NCBI GenBank assembly: GCA_977016875.1
Contig: CDRNST010000004.1
Span: 868,001-932,000 of the forward strand
From: Pavona decussata
Lineage: Eukaryota
DNA length: 64,000 bases
Direction: 5' to 3'
How positions within the stretch are numbered: position 1 is the stretch's first letter; each line of letters opens with the position of its first letter. The notes beneath the pieces are model-generated. The model searched no databases. It had not been told where the DNA came from and was given only the letters and a program-made list of their open reading frames with translations. This document shows positions 1 to 11,733 of this stretch, piece after piece. The position numbers were made by a program, and so were the translations under genes.

Positions 1-535
1 TACACGACACCCATTGTTAAGACGTATGGGGAAGTAAGGAAGTACATTTTGCTGAAACTATGCAAATTTCACATCCCGTCAACCACTGGTCAATATCTCA
101 CCAAATACGCATCAGTTATGCACCACACTCAGAATATCAACTTGGACACCTCAGAATTAGCTGTCTTGTTGTCATGGCAACAGTTACTAGGGAAATGTCT
201 AAATACCTCATTAAGTTGCTTTTAAGGCATATTTTCCAAAGGAAAACTACTCAGAACATTAAATAACCCCTTCCAACTTGCTAGAGATCTCATATTTCAG
301 TGAACATGTCATATTATTTAGTCATAAAACAATCTTGCTTAGCAACCAAGGACTTGTAAATCAAAATGTCTTTATCCATGCAATGCTTGTGAACTTAAAT
401 TCCTTCAACACAAAAATTGCATCAATTGCGTGAGCAAGAATAACGGTCACAGCAGTGTGTTAAAGAAAGTAGGGCTGAACCATACGAATTAAAATAAAAA
501 CTACATGAATGTTAATACTCATGCATATCTTCCTC

Positions 536-1101
536 ATTAATTAAAAGGGATTTGCTGAAGCAAAGACATGCAAAAATTACAGAGATTTAGGGCTCGACGT
601 TTCGGAGTCATCTTGACTCCATTATCAAGAGAAAAAATCAGTTTGTGAACGCGGATATTTAAATAGGCTAGAGCTGAAAATTAACATATTAATAGATGGT
701 TAAACAAATACTTTTGCGCGAATTGAATCAGTTTGCACGTTCAGTTCTGGTTTCAGTTTGCGTATGAATAGCATCTCATGAACGAGGCAATCAAATTTGC
801 TGGTGCATTTCGCAAGAACTTGAAACAGTTCTAAAAAACGCTGTGGTATCTGGTCATTATGTTGGAGATGGTAGTGTTTGAAAATTGAAGACGACCCTCC
901 ATTGTCAACCAATAATGTGTAGTATACGAATTTAAATGTAACCTGTGCGATGCAGGATATGTGGGGTATACGCGTGGGCACCTGCATGAGCGCGTAGACG
1001 GACACAAAAGAAAGTCGTCTTCAATTTACAAACACTACCATCTTCAACATAATGACCAAGATAACTCCGAAACGTCAAGCCCTAAATCTCTCTGTAATTT
1101 T
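536..1101. mobile_element. Truncated, internally inverted Penelope-like retroelement (GIY-YIG end plus pLTR) inserted in the left Academ repeat
   Basis: Plus strand ~897-1058 encodes VVYEFKCNLCDAGYVGYTRGHLHERVDGH. Minus strand 700-895 encodes the endonuclease C-terminus EMLFIRKLKPELN. 569-617 is inverted relative to 1057-1105. A 14-bp duplication TGCATATCTTCCTC flanks it (522-535, 1102-1115). Confidence 0.85.
593..631 (-). ncRNA. Minimal type I hammerhead ribozyme (U3-A8 core variant) in PLE pLTR
   Basis: Minus strand reads CUC-UUGAUAA-U-GGAGUC-AAGAU-GACUCC-GAAAC-GUC-GAG: stem I CUC/GAG, 6-bp stem II, palindromic ACGU minimal stem III, GUC cleavage triplet. Confidence 0.8.
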
Positions 1102-1109
1102 TGCATATC

Positions 1110-2810
1110 TTCCTCGTTGTCCTCATCTTTATCTTCGTCTTCGTCTTCCTGTTCAAAAGAACACTTTGCACAGAAGGGACCAATTTGTCAACCTCTTAGT
1201 TGCCATCTTTGGCCATTTGGATTTTGATCTTCAAAAGACCTTTGAAAGGAATTCTTCTACAGATAGGTTTAATAGTTAGCACGCTTTATGTGTTGTTTAA
1301 GAGCTACTTTTGTTGGAGGAAGCTGATAAGCCTGCATTTTCCTGCTTATGCAGAACATCATATCTGATCTCATTTATTCCTTCTTCGCCACTGCCATTGT
1401 GCAACGGATGTACACGAAGTGCTCTACGTTTGCAATCCCTTCATCTCCTGGTGGCACTACTGCTTCACCGATACCCTCAAGGTTGTCTTTCACCTCTTGT
1501 TTTTCTATTACAATCTTTAAGCCTTTCTTCTTTCCTTGCCCATGCCAGTGAAGGTACCAACAGTGTCACTTGGCACACTGATGAGGTGAGATCTGCATCA
1601 TGTTCCACCGATCGATGATATGCATGCTGAGATAATTATTTGTCTGGTGGAAACAAGCTAGAACTTCGATATTAGTATCTGATGAGCTTATGGCAACTGA
1701 TGTGTGCCTATAGGACAAGGCATGATACGCTTGCAAAAACATCCAAGTGTTGGCATCTTCTTGGTTGCTCCAGAGCTGCAAGGCTACGCTGGGCACAATC
1801 GTTTCATAAACAACTTCAATTTTGGTATGGTTGTTTCCATGTGAAACATGGAGGGTATGAGCTCCAACCTCCTTGTCATACTTGCTAGTTGACCACTTAT
1901 TTATGAGAAAGTGCATAAGCCGGGGTTTCCTGGTGCCATTTGACATAAACGTCTTCCACTGGGGAGGGCAGGGCTGCTGGCGACTGCTTATGGCGAGGAC
2001 TCAACCTGTCCCTACCTCGTTTACTTCTTTCAGTGTTCTTTATTGACAAATCAGAATGCTGATCAGCAACAAAGACCAACCTTGTTGCCGTCCCTGTAAG
2101 CGCTAAAATTTCTGTTAGAAGCACCTCTGACAGGTCTGCAAAGCAATCAGGCACACTTTAGTGTTATCATTTGCAGCATTGCCATGGCATCCATGATGGC
2201 AGCCGTTGTGTTAGGCGGTATGCTTGTCAAGCACTCTACTCCATCTTTTGAAGGTTTCGAGAAATCTGCCTGGTTAGTTTTAGCCAGCGAGTCATGTGAC
2301 GTTGCCAGAGACCATGGGGAGAGACCAAGTTCATGTTTTAGTAGCTCTCGAAGATCAGAACTTCTCGCACCATGTCTCCCGCTTTCTCTCTTGCCTGTTG
2401 TGGTTCCCGCCATAATGTGCTTGTTCTTTCGCAAGCTATTACACAATGTTGCAATTTTTGTTGCTATTTCTCCCGGTTGCTGCAACCTTGGGAATCCCTC
2501 TTTTCTTTCTCTCTTCTCCCACATCCCTTATATTTCATACACCCATAGGCTTGAATAAAGCTATTTCCTCACCTTATGTGTATGCACAGCCCGGGTGTAG
2601 TGTTTTCATTCTAACAAACCAGCTTCAGAACCGGAGCCGACAATAACCACTTTCAACGAGTATATCAGCAAGACCAGCATCCCCAAACCAAACCAATAGC
2701 TGCTACGAAGGCGCAGACTGTGTGGAAGGAGCCCAGCCGAACTACCAAACATCTAAACTGCTCCCCCAAATGACTTCAAGCACTTTTGCATAAATTGCTT
2801 GATCAAGGAT
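1110..2810 (-). pseudogene. AcademX transposase/XPG(PIN)-like nuclease remnant (frameshifts, stops, deletions)
   Basis: Manual translation across frames gives LDQAIYAKVLEVIW, RLGSFH, GDAGLADILVESG..GSGS..KHYTRAVHTHK, HELGLSPWSLA, IMDAMAMLQ, SIKNTERSKR, NQEDANT (HEEADT-like), SSDTNI and LPPTKVALKQHIKRANY, then an acidic tail. Confidence 0.75.
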
Positions 2811-4339
2811 TAGTTTAAAAGAAGTTTGTGCATTTTCAAATGAAATACAGTCATAAAGTATTGATATATAAGGTTAGAAAAGATATAAACTTTCAAATGT
2901 GTTCTTATTTCAAAAAAGTCAAATGCAGTAGCTAGAGACGGAAGATAGTGTACGAGTCACAACTTGCCAAACTGAACTATAAAGATAACTCGTTGTAAAA
3001 TGGCCTTGGACGTTTTTCTGTTCTTGTTGATAAAATTTGCCATAACAGACTTGAAAACTCAATATTGCAAATGTTCACAGCATTGCATGTAAAAAGGGAT
3101 ACATTCAAAAGAGATATTGATGACATTCGCAAATTCACTGTTGCTAATTAAGCAAGATTCTTTTATAACGAAAGAATATTTCATGTGGAACAGTTCACTG
3201 AAACATGAGATCTTTATCAAGCTCGAAGTGATTGTGCGCCTTTCATGCACTGAGGCCTGTGCAAATGTTCTTTGGAACAGAAAGATGAAGATGAAGGTGA
3301 AGATGAGGACAATGAGGAAGATATTTATGAGTATTATTAACATTCGTTTAGCTTTTTTGAAATTCATGTGGTTCAGCCCTAGTTTCTTTAACACACTGCT
3401 GTGACTGTTATTCTTGCTTACGGCAATTGATGCAATTTAGTGCTGAATGATTAATTTCACAAGAATTGTATGGATAATGACATTCACAAGTTCCTGGTTG
3501 CTAAGCAAGATTCTTTTATGACAAAAGAATCTTACATGTCAGGATTGTTCACTGAAATGTGAGATCTCTAGCAAGTTGGAAGGGGCTATTTAATGTTCTG
3601 AGTAGTTTCCCTTTAGAAAATATGCCTTAAAAGCATCTTTATGAGGTATTTAGACATCCCTGGCAACCGTTGCCATGACAACAAGACAGCTTATTCTGAG
3701 GTGTCCAAGTTGATATCCTAAGTGTGGTGCATTATTGATGCATATTTGGTGAAATATTGACCAGTGGTTGATGGGATACGAAAATTCATAGTTTCAGCAA
3801 AATATGCTTCCTTACTTCCCCATACGCCTTAATTATGGGTGCCCTGTACCTTTATATCCTGTCGACAAGATAATAATGAAAGTTTCTCAAGTCAAAAAAG
3901 TCTATATTCGTCATAATGGAAATGTTTTGACTAAAATTTATAGATATCCGCTAATTAATCGAAGTTTTGATATATGAATTGGCCAGAAAAGTAAAACTCT
4001 GCATTTCTTCAATATCTCCTTGGCAACCGTTTCCATGGAAACATGAAAATGCATGACACATATTAAAAAATTTTGGGGATGGTGTAAAATGTATATACAG
4101 AAAATTTGAATAAAATTGGTTGAGTTTCAGCAGAGTTATGAATCATTTTATGTTGTGTGGAATTCTCAGGGAGCAAAATCCACCAGCCCACCCCCCTATG
4201 GAAATAGTCACATATCTCACTTAAGCACAGGTTACATAATTGGCAACAAGTAGATTTGTAGAATACAGGCCACAAGCTTTAATTTGATACCAAATTCACT
4301 ATGTCCCGTGGGGGGTGCAACGAAAATCATTTTTTCAGG

Positions 4340-4546
4340 CCTTGGCTCATGGACTATTACGTGCGTAAGCAAAATAAGAAGCGATGTGGGAGCCGCGTGC
4401 GTAAATGTGACAAGTTGAACAGCGCTCAGCTTTTTACGTTTACGCAAGCCGTTCATACACCGCTTCCTATTTTGATTACGTATGTAAAGCCAGCCCAGTG
4501 CACCACTATACGCACGTGAAATTTACGCAACAGTGGAAATCCACCT
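4340..4546. mobile_element. Partial Harbinger-like MITE
   Basis: One terminus ...aatttacgcaacagtggaaatccacc followed by TTA, plus repeated tacgtgcgtaa motifs. The other TIR was not found. Confidence 0.4.
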
Positions 4547-4774
4547 TAATGCAAAAATGAACGTACCTCAATGCGGACAAACTCCTTGAGTCGTTTGACG
4601 GATTAGATAACAAGGTCCTTCATCCTGCGTTTTTTGTTGTTCCTTGCTGGCTTTGATTACTGGAAGAATTTTTTTGCGAGGAATTAAATGGGACATTTTC
4701 TGCCTGTTTTCTGTGCAGTTGGGCCAGAGCCTCATTCAGCTGAACGACCAACAAGTCTCCTAATTTCAGCTTCC

Positions 4775-5199
4775 TACACCTCCAGAAGAGGAAAGTGCGT
4801 TAAATACGTGTTCAACATGAACGCAACTTTAAACTAAGACAACATTATGCTCACACAAGTGAACCTGGACTTAACTAAACTATCAGTTAACCCCTAAAGT
4901 CCCCATATCTACATTCAAATTCCACATTTTTGTATGGTGTTAGTTGGGAGAAATTGTTAAAGGATCAAAGCAATTACCCTTTGATGATCATTTACTTAAT
5001 TCTCATATCCTCTTTTTTTGAGAGGAAAGCTGGCATTGGTCACTGTTGGGTCCTAAAGGTTGATATTGTGAATGGAAATTTGATGTGGTCACTTTTGGGA
5101 CTACACCTCCAGAAGAGGAAAGTGTGTTAAATACGTGTTCGACACGAACGCGACTTTAAACAAAGAGAACATTCTGCTCACACAAGTGAACCTGGACTT
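4775..5199 (+). repeat. ~97-bp direct duplication flanking a piggyBac-like MITE remnant
   Basis: ctacacctccagaagaggaaagtg...aagtgaacctggactt occurs at 4775-4871 and 5101-5199. The middle begins ttaaccc-taaagtccc and ends ggtcacttttggga. Confidence 0.75.
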
Positions 5200-5559
5200 G
5201 TCATCTGTTCTTTTGGTCTGTCTTTTAAAGGATTGTCGCAATGCCTATTTGACCAAATCGCTATTGTTTTCATACCTTAGTTAATGAAGTGTAAATAATT
5301 CTAACTAACTTTTGTTAAACAATTCGCTTTTGTTGCTTTTCAGTTGAATGCTTTCAGACTGATCACAAGAAACAAGCTAGGTTATAACTCTTTGCAATAG
5401 CGATGGTTTTCAATCTAAAAAACTTGGCAACAAAGCAAGTTTTTCTAGTTTCCGCGGAGTGCACGCATTTCAGGAAGACCCCTGTTTGCTTTTAATGGAA
5501 CGTGCAGGAAATATAGTGGCTGTGACTTTTTTAAGGAAAAAAAGAAAAAAAAGGGATTT

Positions 5560-6460
5560 TCACGTGAATATGTCAAAAAATACTGTTCTAGTTTTAAACC
5601 GACAATTGAGCTTAATTGTATTTTGCTCAATACGATTTTTTAAGTTTTTAGACAGCGTGTGCATTATTGTTTGTTTTCAATCAAGCGTGTTGCACGCAAC
5701 CAAGGTGTGACTTTTTTCCATTGATAGAATAATAGGTCTTTCTCGCGAGTAAACCGGTCTCCAAAGTTTTTCATAGTTTACAACTGAATGCTAATAATCA
5801 ATGTTAAAGTTACACTGATCAAAATTTTACTCTGGTTTCCAATAGCTTGGCAATGCGGGGATAAAATTAAAACAAGGTTAAAAGTGGGAAACATAGTAGG
5901 TATGAGAAACGAAAAAAAAGAAAAACGGGTCTTGCTTGTGAATATGTCCACAAATACTGTTATACTTTCAAACCCAAAATCGTTGTTAAATATATTCTAC
6001 TCAATACGATTTTTTTAAGTTTGCAAAGAGCGCCTGGATTATTTCAGTTTGGTTAATAGTCACTGGAAAAGAAAGACTGTTCAGAACATTTTTTTAAGAT
6101 TTTGCAAAGCCTATGCAACTTTGTAGATATCAATCAAGGGCACGGCACGCAACTAAGGTGTGTTTTTTTTCTCATGAATAGAATATGTCAAATACTAAAG
6201 GTCCTGCTCGTGAGTAAATCGGTCTGCAATGATTTTCAAACTTTTAAACTGAATTCTTACAGTCATTGGAAAAGAAATACTGTTCAGAACATTATTTTTA
6301 GTTTTGGTAGAGCAACTTTGTAGAAATCAATCAAGCGCGCAGCACTCAACAAAGGTGTGACTTTTTTCCCCATAAATAGAATAATAGGTCTTCCGAGTAA
6401 ACAATTCTCTTTCCAAAATTTTCCATAGTTTTATTGTTCAAAATTTTACTCTGGTTTTCG
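5560..6460 (+). repeat. Imperfect tandem/patchwork repeats
   Basis: caatcaag..gcac.caac.aaggtgtg...atagaat...gagtaaa recurs at ~5678, ~6131 and ~6328. gtgaatatgtc..aatactgtt..ctcaatacgattttt recurs at ~5564 and ~5938. Confidence 0.7.
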
Positions 6461-7259
6461 CAGAACATGCGCAACGGTTGAGTAAAACTAAAATCTCTTG
6501 AGGATCATTGAGCAAATGATTTCACAATTGGATTTATCAGTACCAATTACAAAGTCACTAATATGATTTTTTCGGCACACTAGATTCAGTGCCTAAAGGA
6601 AAGATTGTCATGACTGTCAAGGGGTTTAATATAACTGATTCCTGTCATCAGAAGGGTCTCTTTCACAACAGGCCCCATGAAATTCAAGTCACAGTTTGAA
6701 TTTTGATATAATTTGCGACTCTTCGAGTTTACATTGAAAATTACATTGGTAGGATTAGAGACTGGCAAATACTGAACAGGTGCTGGCCAAGTGCCAGAAT
6801 TGATTTATTGGGTTGCTGTTTCCACATATTTGCACACAGTGTGAGCATGTTAAAAACACCAAGTAGTATAATAACAGCTGTGTGTAGGTCTACATAAAAT
6901 AATGTTTACATCAAGGAAATCTTAACAATAGCCAATATTTGCTTTATCACACCTGAGCTACACTTATGGTACCTTGCCATTACATTTAGGCTGAGATAAA
7001 TGCAAGAGTCTCAATTTCAAGCTACAATAGCTCTAGCTCAACTGTAAATATATGAATATTGCTATTTCAATGTGATAATTCCTTAACAGGCTAACGGTGT
7101 TCATGATACAGCAGTTACGTCTATATTCACTGATTACATATCAAATTCATTTTTTTAGTTAATATGAAACACTACTTTACATTTTTTGCCATTTGGTTAA
7201 CCCACATCCTAAATAGCCGCAAAGTTTCAAAGCTAGGAATGTTTCCCAGTAACTGCTTT

Positions 7260-9152
7260 CCCAGCTTAGAGAGGTAGCTCTCTTCATCATAATGCCATTC
7301 ACTAACAACCTCCTGCTTTGAAATCAGTAATTTCTTTCATGACATCAATCAACAGATCATTCCTTTGTAGGAAGAAAAAATTAGAGCTATTATTTTCAGG
7401 GAGATAAGATTGTAAAAACAATATCTGGGTCCCTGTGCAACACATTTGAAAATTTGCTTGAATGAGATGTGACCCTGTGGCTTTCCCTAAAGGGGCTTCA
7501 GAATTTTTTGCCCTGGTTTTCACTTAAACTAGAAATGCTTCTGCAATGCCATCAAGACTAGCTCCATAGTTTGGATTTGTCAGATGCCTGAAAAAGCCAC
7601 AGCTTGATACTGGAGCACCTGTAAGGATGTCATATAAGCACTATCAAGATCACTGGTAACACATAAGTTTAAGGATTGTTGCTTAGCGTATCAGATGTAT
7701 TCAAGGAGCTGGTACTGTTCCTGTTCTACATGTATATGTATTATAAATTTTTTTTCATCATATAGTGTAAGTTCTGATTGGTTTTTATATCAGCCAATGT
7801 AAACATGGGTAGCATCATAGCATCATGTAACATTAATTTTGTAGGCTGTAATTTATAAAAGGAATAGAAAAGGTCTATCTCTGTTGAGTCAACATGATTA
7901 TTAGCTCGCGCCTGCAGCTCAGATTCACAAAAATGCCTGTTTGAGTCATGTTATGTAAGCTTGCACGCCATTTTCTATTTCTTAAAGCAATTCTTTGGTC
8001 CCATTGTTGAATAATTTTCTGTAGGAAACTGTAGTTTGCAATTTTGTAAATTGTAATGCTACACTCACCAGAAAGTTTGGAGAAACTCTGTAAAGCTTCT
8101 TTCTCATAATAGTTTCCTCTTTGAAAATTCTTGAATCTTTTTGGTCTGTAGGTGCTCTTGTCTGCTAGTTAGTTATTTTCTTTTTGAATAATGCTACTTA
8201 AATAGGCACTTCGGTTGGAGAGGTGGAAATACAATGCGGATTGTTTGATTTCATATTTGTTGAATGTCTGAAGATGATTTGATACATCCACGTTGTATTT
8301 TGACACATTACTCAACAGCTGAGTGGTCATTTCAGAAATGTCTCGTTTTAACCGACCACTTTTTTCCTTGCTTACTGATGCAGCGGCAACTTTTTTGCTC
8401 TTCCGTTTTTGTTGCACAGATCTTGCAGACCGGGAGTTTCTAAAGTACTTCAGGCACATGTGAGATGCAGCCTTTGCTTTTGCTTCATTTTTCTTTGCAA
8501 ATGGCCAGTGCTATTTCTGAAGTTTCTCTGCGCATGATAAACACAAAAGAAGCCCCTTGCCGATTGATAAATTTTCCAACTGCAGAAGTATAACTATCAC
8601 ATGGCAACAAAGACCACACTTCCCCACTGGACACTCACAAAAACCCTTTTGTGGAATGTTGTCAACAAACATAATAGTAGCTGTTCGGTTTACCTCTGAA
8701 GAAAAGCTTTTTAAAATGCTGGATTTGATGTATACTTTGTTGCCATCTTGCATGGCCTTCATGGTTTTCATTTCCTCAAAGAGAACAACGCTGTGCTTTG
8801 CGAAACTGCCCAACCATTCCCTGCCGTTTGCTTGATTGATACTTTTTAATCATCTCCTTTTGGAGTTTTGGAAAGAGCAAAGTATCACATCTCCATCGTG
8901 CTGTAGGTGGTCGAATTTCCTCCTTTTCAAGAGATGTTGAAAACTGGTACTTGATGGAGATGTTCTTCACTCTTTATCTCCAGTTAATCTTCGTCTTTGA
9001 ATGGAAGCAATCGCTGGATCGTCATTTTTTGTTCCCGATGATTTAAGTTGGAGCTCATGGCAAAATCTTTCTAACTGTTTAATTTCCAGAGATTCGAGAG
9101 AACCCTTTGACAGCTCTTTTGTTATTGTTCTGGAAATCGTTATTTTCGCCGC
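7260..9152 (-). pseudogene. SAP-SWIM-YqaJ (lambda-exonuclease-like PD-(D/E)XK) gene, ISL2EU/PIF-Harbinger accessory ORF type, with one intron (7619-8068)
   Basis: SAP-like LEIKQLERFCHELQLKSSGTK; SWIM CECPVGKCGLCCHV; YqaJ motifs FQRGNYYEKEA, GASLDG (GASPDG), LV*VKT (EVK) and HLIQANFQMCCTG. A GTGAGT...CTTACAG intron joins KLS|GAPVSSCGFF in frame. Stops and frameshifts are present. Confidence 0.8.
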
Positions 9153-9555
9153 CATTCTGTTTTGGCCACTTCCGTCCAGCAAACAGCCTAACTAGTTCCA
9201 GACCCCCACAGCATGAAATCAGGCAATTATATCACTTTAGCAGTTTCTACTTGTATTATAGTAATAAACATTTCAGCTTCACAGATTACTTAAACTGTAC
9301 ATCTAATTATGGAAGAAAAATTACCTGATTAAATAGTGCTTGCACTATGAATTTTACATCGTCTTTGCATGTGGGATCACCCCAAGCAAATGGGATGTCA
9401 CAAATTTTGGATCTCTCCAATGCCTTCTTTCAAGTATAGTGTACAAAATAAGGAATTGAATATCATTCTCAATTAGTAAATTAATGCAAGTACACCAAAT
9501 ACTTATGCTATTTGTGTCAAAAGCACATTACTATGTTACCAAAAAAATAGGTATA

Positions 9556-10073
9556 TAGTGGAAGCTCTCTAAGTGGACACCCTCGGGACACAAGAAAGGT
9601 GTCCGTAAGTGAGGCTGCCCAGTTAAGAGAATGGTTCTCATAAGCAGCCACTGGGGTTGTAAGGGATAGATGGTTGCTTACGAAAGCTTGCCCAGCTAAC
9701 AATAAACATCGAGGTGCGAAACAAATACCACCTTATGAAATGTTCTTTTGTTTTGTTTTATGCAATGCCACAATAGTGTGATATAAATGCACTGTAAAAT
9801 CATTGTGACAAACAGAGATGTGCGGTTGATTGATTGAAATAAGATTCAGTCTAATGGGATTTCCTTTTGGGTTTCCGCTAACAGGAGCTAAGAAACAAAG
9901 GAAAAATCTGAATCACAACCCCTGAATGTGTTCGTGGCCGCTTATGGTAATGTCCACTTACGGGAATGTGTAACTACAAAGTTTGCATGGGAGTTCAAAT
10001 GGGGTTTTGTGAAGGCGGTTGTAAGTAGAGCTGTCAGCTTACAAGATTGCCCATTATTAGAGAGCTTCCACTG
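9556..10073. mobile_element. Tc1/mariner (pogo/Tigger-like) MITE
   Basis: TIRs (c/t)agtggaagctctctaa / ttagagagcttccactg, flanked by TA (9554-55, 10074-75). Confidence 0.85.
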
Positions 10074-10398
10074 TATTGCAATCTTGAAATTTACTATCCA
10101 ATCAGTGAATAAAACAAATCCAGCAGTCAATAATCCAAGCAAACAATCCATCAATCATTTGGGACAAACTGCAGTAAGCTGAAAACAAAAACGAAAAAGT
10201 TAACAAAAATATACAAACTGGTGAGCATTTGTTTGCTTGAATATAAGGGGTTTTGTGCATGATTCAAGGATAGTTGATCAGGTCATGTCCCTGATAGTAA
10301 ATCTGTCACTCACAGCAGAAAGAACATATATCAGAGTTCAAATAAGTCATACTTGATCATTGAGTGTACATTTTGATGAAAAATACCAAATAGCTAAC

Positions 10399-10702
10399 TT
10401 AGTGCTTCTGAGTTTCCTGTAATGGAAACGCATGCTTTGAGAACTGTTGTTTTTGAGGTCTCTGTATGTCCAGTTAGAAGAACAACAGGGCATGACCCCC
10501 CGACCTGAATGATTCTTTGGTAGCCCAAAGACATGACAGTGGCCCTGAGTAGTGGACATGCTGCCGGTTAGTTGCTTGTCAGCAGCCCTTTAAAAGCCAC
10601 TAGCAAGTTGCGCAAGCCATCTTTAGAAAATGGTTGTTTTACTCTGATTTTCCATCCTTCCTCAGATGCTTCGAGAGTGAAAAAAGGAAACAATAAAGAA
10701 TC
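10399..10702 (-). pseudogene. Isolated exon encoding a P-loop NTPase Walker A region
   Basis: AG/GT-bounded segment translating (with a frameshift and a stop) to PFSKDGLRNLLVAFKGLLTSN*PAA..VMSLGYQRIIQVGGSCPVVLLTGHTETSKTTVLKACVS. Confidence 0.55.
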
Positions 10703-11379
10703 CTGTCGTGCAATTGATTAGGTCATTTTGGTGTCCTGGATAAGACATTAGAATTTTTATATTAGTCTATAGCTATTTGGTCTGGTAATCCTTAAAATGG
10801 TCTACAATGGACTTCTGGGGGATAGGCGGGGATGCAAAAAACTATCGCCCTATCACTTCCCTTAAAGCAGTTTACAAGATATTTGAGCAGTGATTTAGTC
10901 ACCAGCTGATTTGCCACTATGACAAAACTCTGTACTCCAAAATGAGAGTGTACCGGAAGAAAATTGCGTGGACTGACTGTAATAATAATGATAACGTTCA
11001 TCCTTCGCCGGCAAAGATGACCAAGACTTCGTATCACAGGGGTATGGGGTGGGTGCGGAGATGGCTGATCAGGCCGATCTTCGCCTGAAAAAGTAGACAG
11101 ACTGATCGTAGACGATCAGAAACTGGCCGTCAGTACAAAACAACTTGTGTATGTTTTATCTAATGATCTAATGATATGAGTAAGGCCTTCAACTGCTTGA
11201 TTCACTCTGACTGTAAATATTAGTTGTAGGCTTATATTTATTTCCTTAGAAGTGGATCTCTTGACTTGATTTGATGGTTAAGGAGCCCGGAAAAGTTTTT
11301 TGTTGTGTTTTTGTCCACTTTATGGGGAATGGACACTGCGGCACAGATACAAAAGGTGATTATTTATGTGTTAAGTTGC

Positions 11380-11733
11380 GTTCAGGTTAACAATACTAGG
11401 CTTTTTATACAAATAAGTAACAACGTTTCTCCCTTCTTTTTCGAAGTTACTTTAATGAAAAATATACATATATGTAAGCATAAAATATGTTTAATATATA
11501 TTCAATATATATTGAATATATATTTATTTATTAGCGAATCCTTTTTGCGTCACTTGTTTGTTTACTACTTATTTAACTTTTATTTTAGTCAATTTAGTTG
11601 TAAACACCAAATTTATTTGTATTTAGTTTAATATAGACATACCTACCCGCCTCGACTAGCTTCAGCTATTTGCGGGTAGGTATATAACCAGCTTGTAACT
11701 GTCTGTTTTTAATAAAGTTGTTGTTGTTGTTGT
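11380..11733 (+). mobile_element. 5'-truncated CR1/L2-clade LINE 3' end
   Basis: 3' stem-loop acctacccgc-ctcgactagc..gctattt-gcgggtaggt, then AATAAA and a (GTT)n tail. The 5' boundary is approximate. Confidence 0.65.

Larger units (their letters stand above)
1..3848 (-). mobile_element. Degenerate AcademX-type DNA transposon bounded by ~590-bp inverted repeats
   Basis: 1-538 plus 1102-1173 is the diverged reverse complement of 3257-3848. Termini are TA...TA (5'-YR, as in Academ). The interior carries Academ transposase and XPG-like motifs. The left flank/TSD is outside the window. Confidence 0.8.

Noticed and set aside
1-3848. Tc1/mariner call from TA plus CAGGG-like ends
   Set aside because: The internal protein has Academ/XPG motifs, not DD34E/D. 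The TA is better read as the element terminus.
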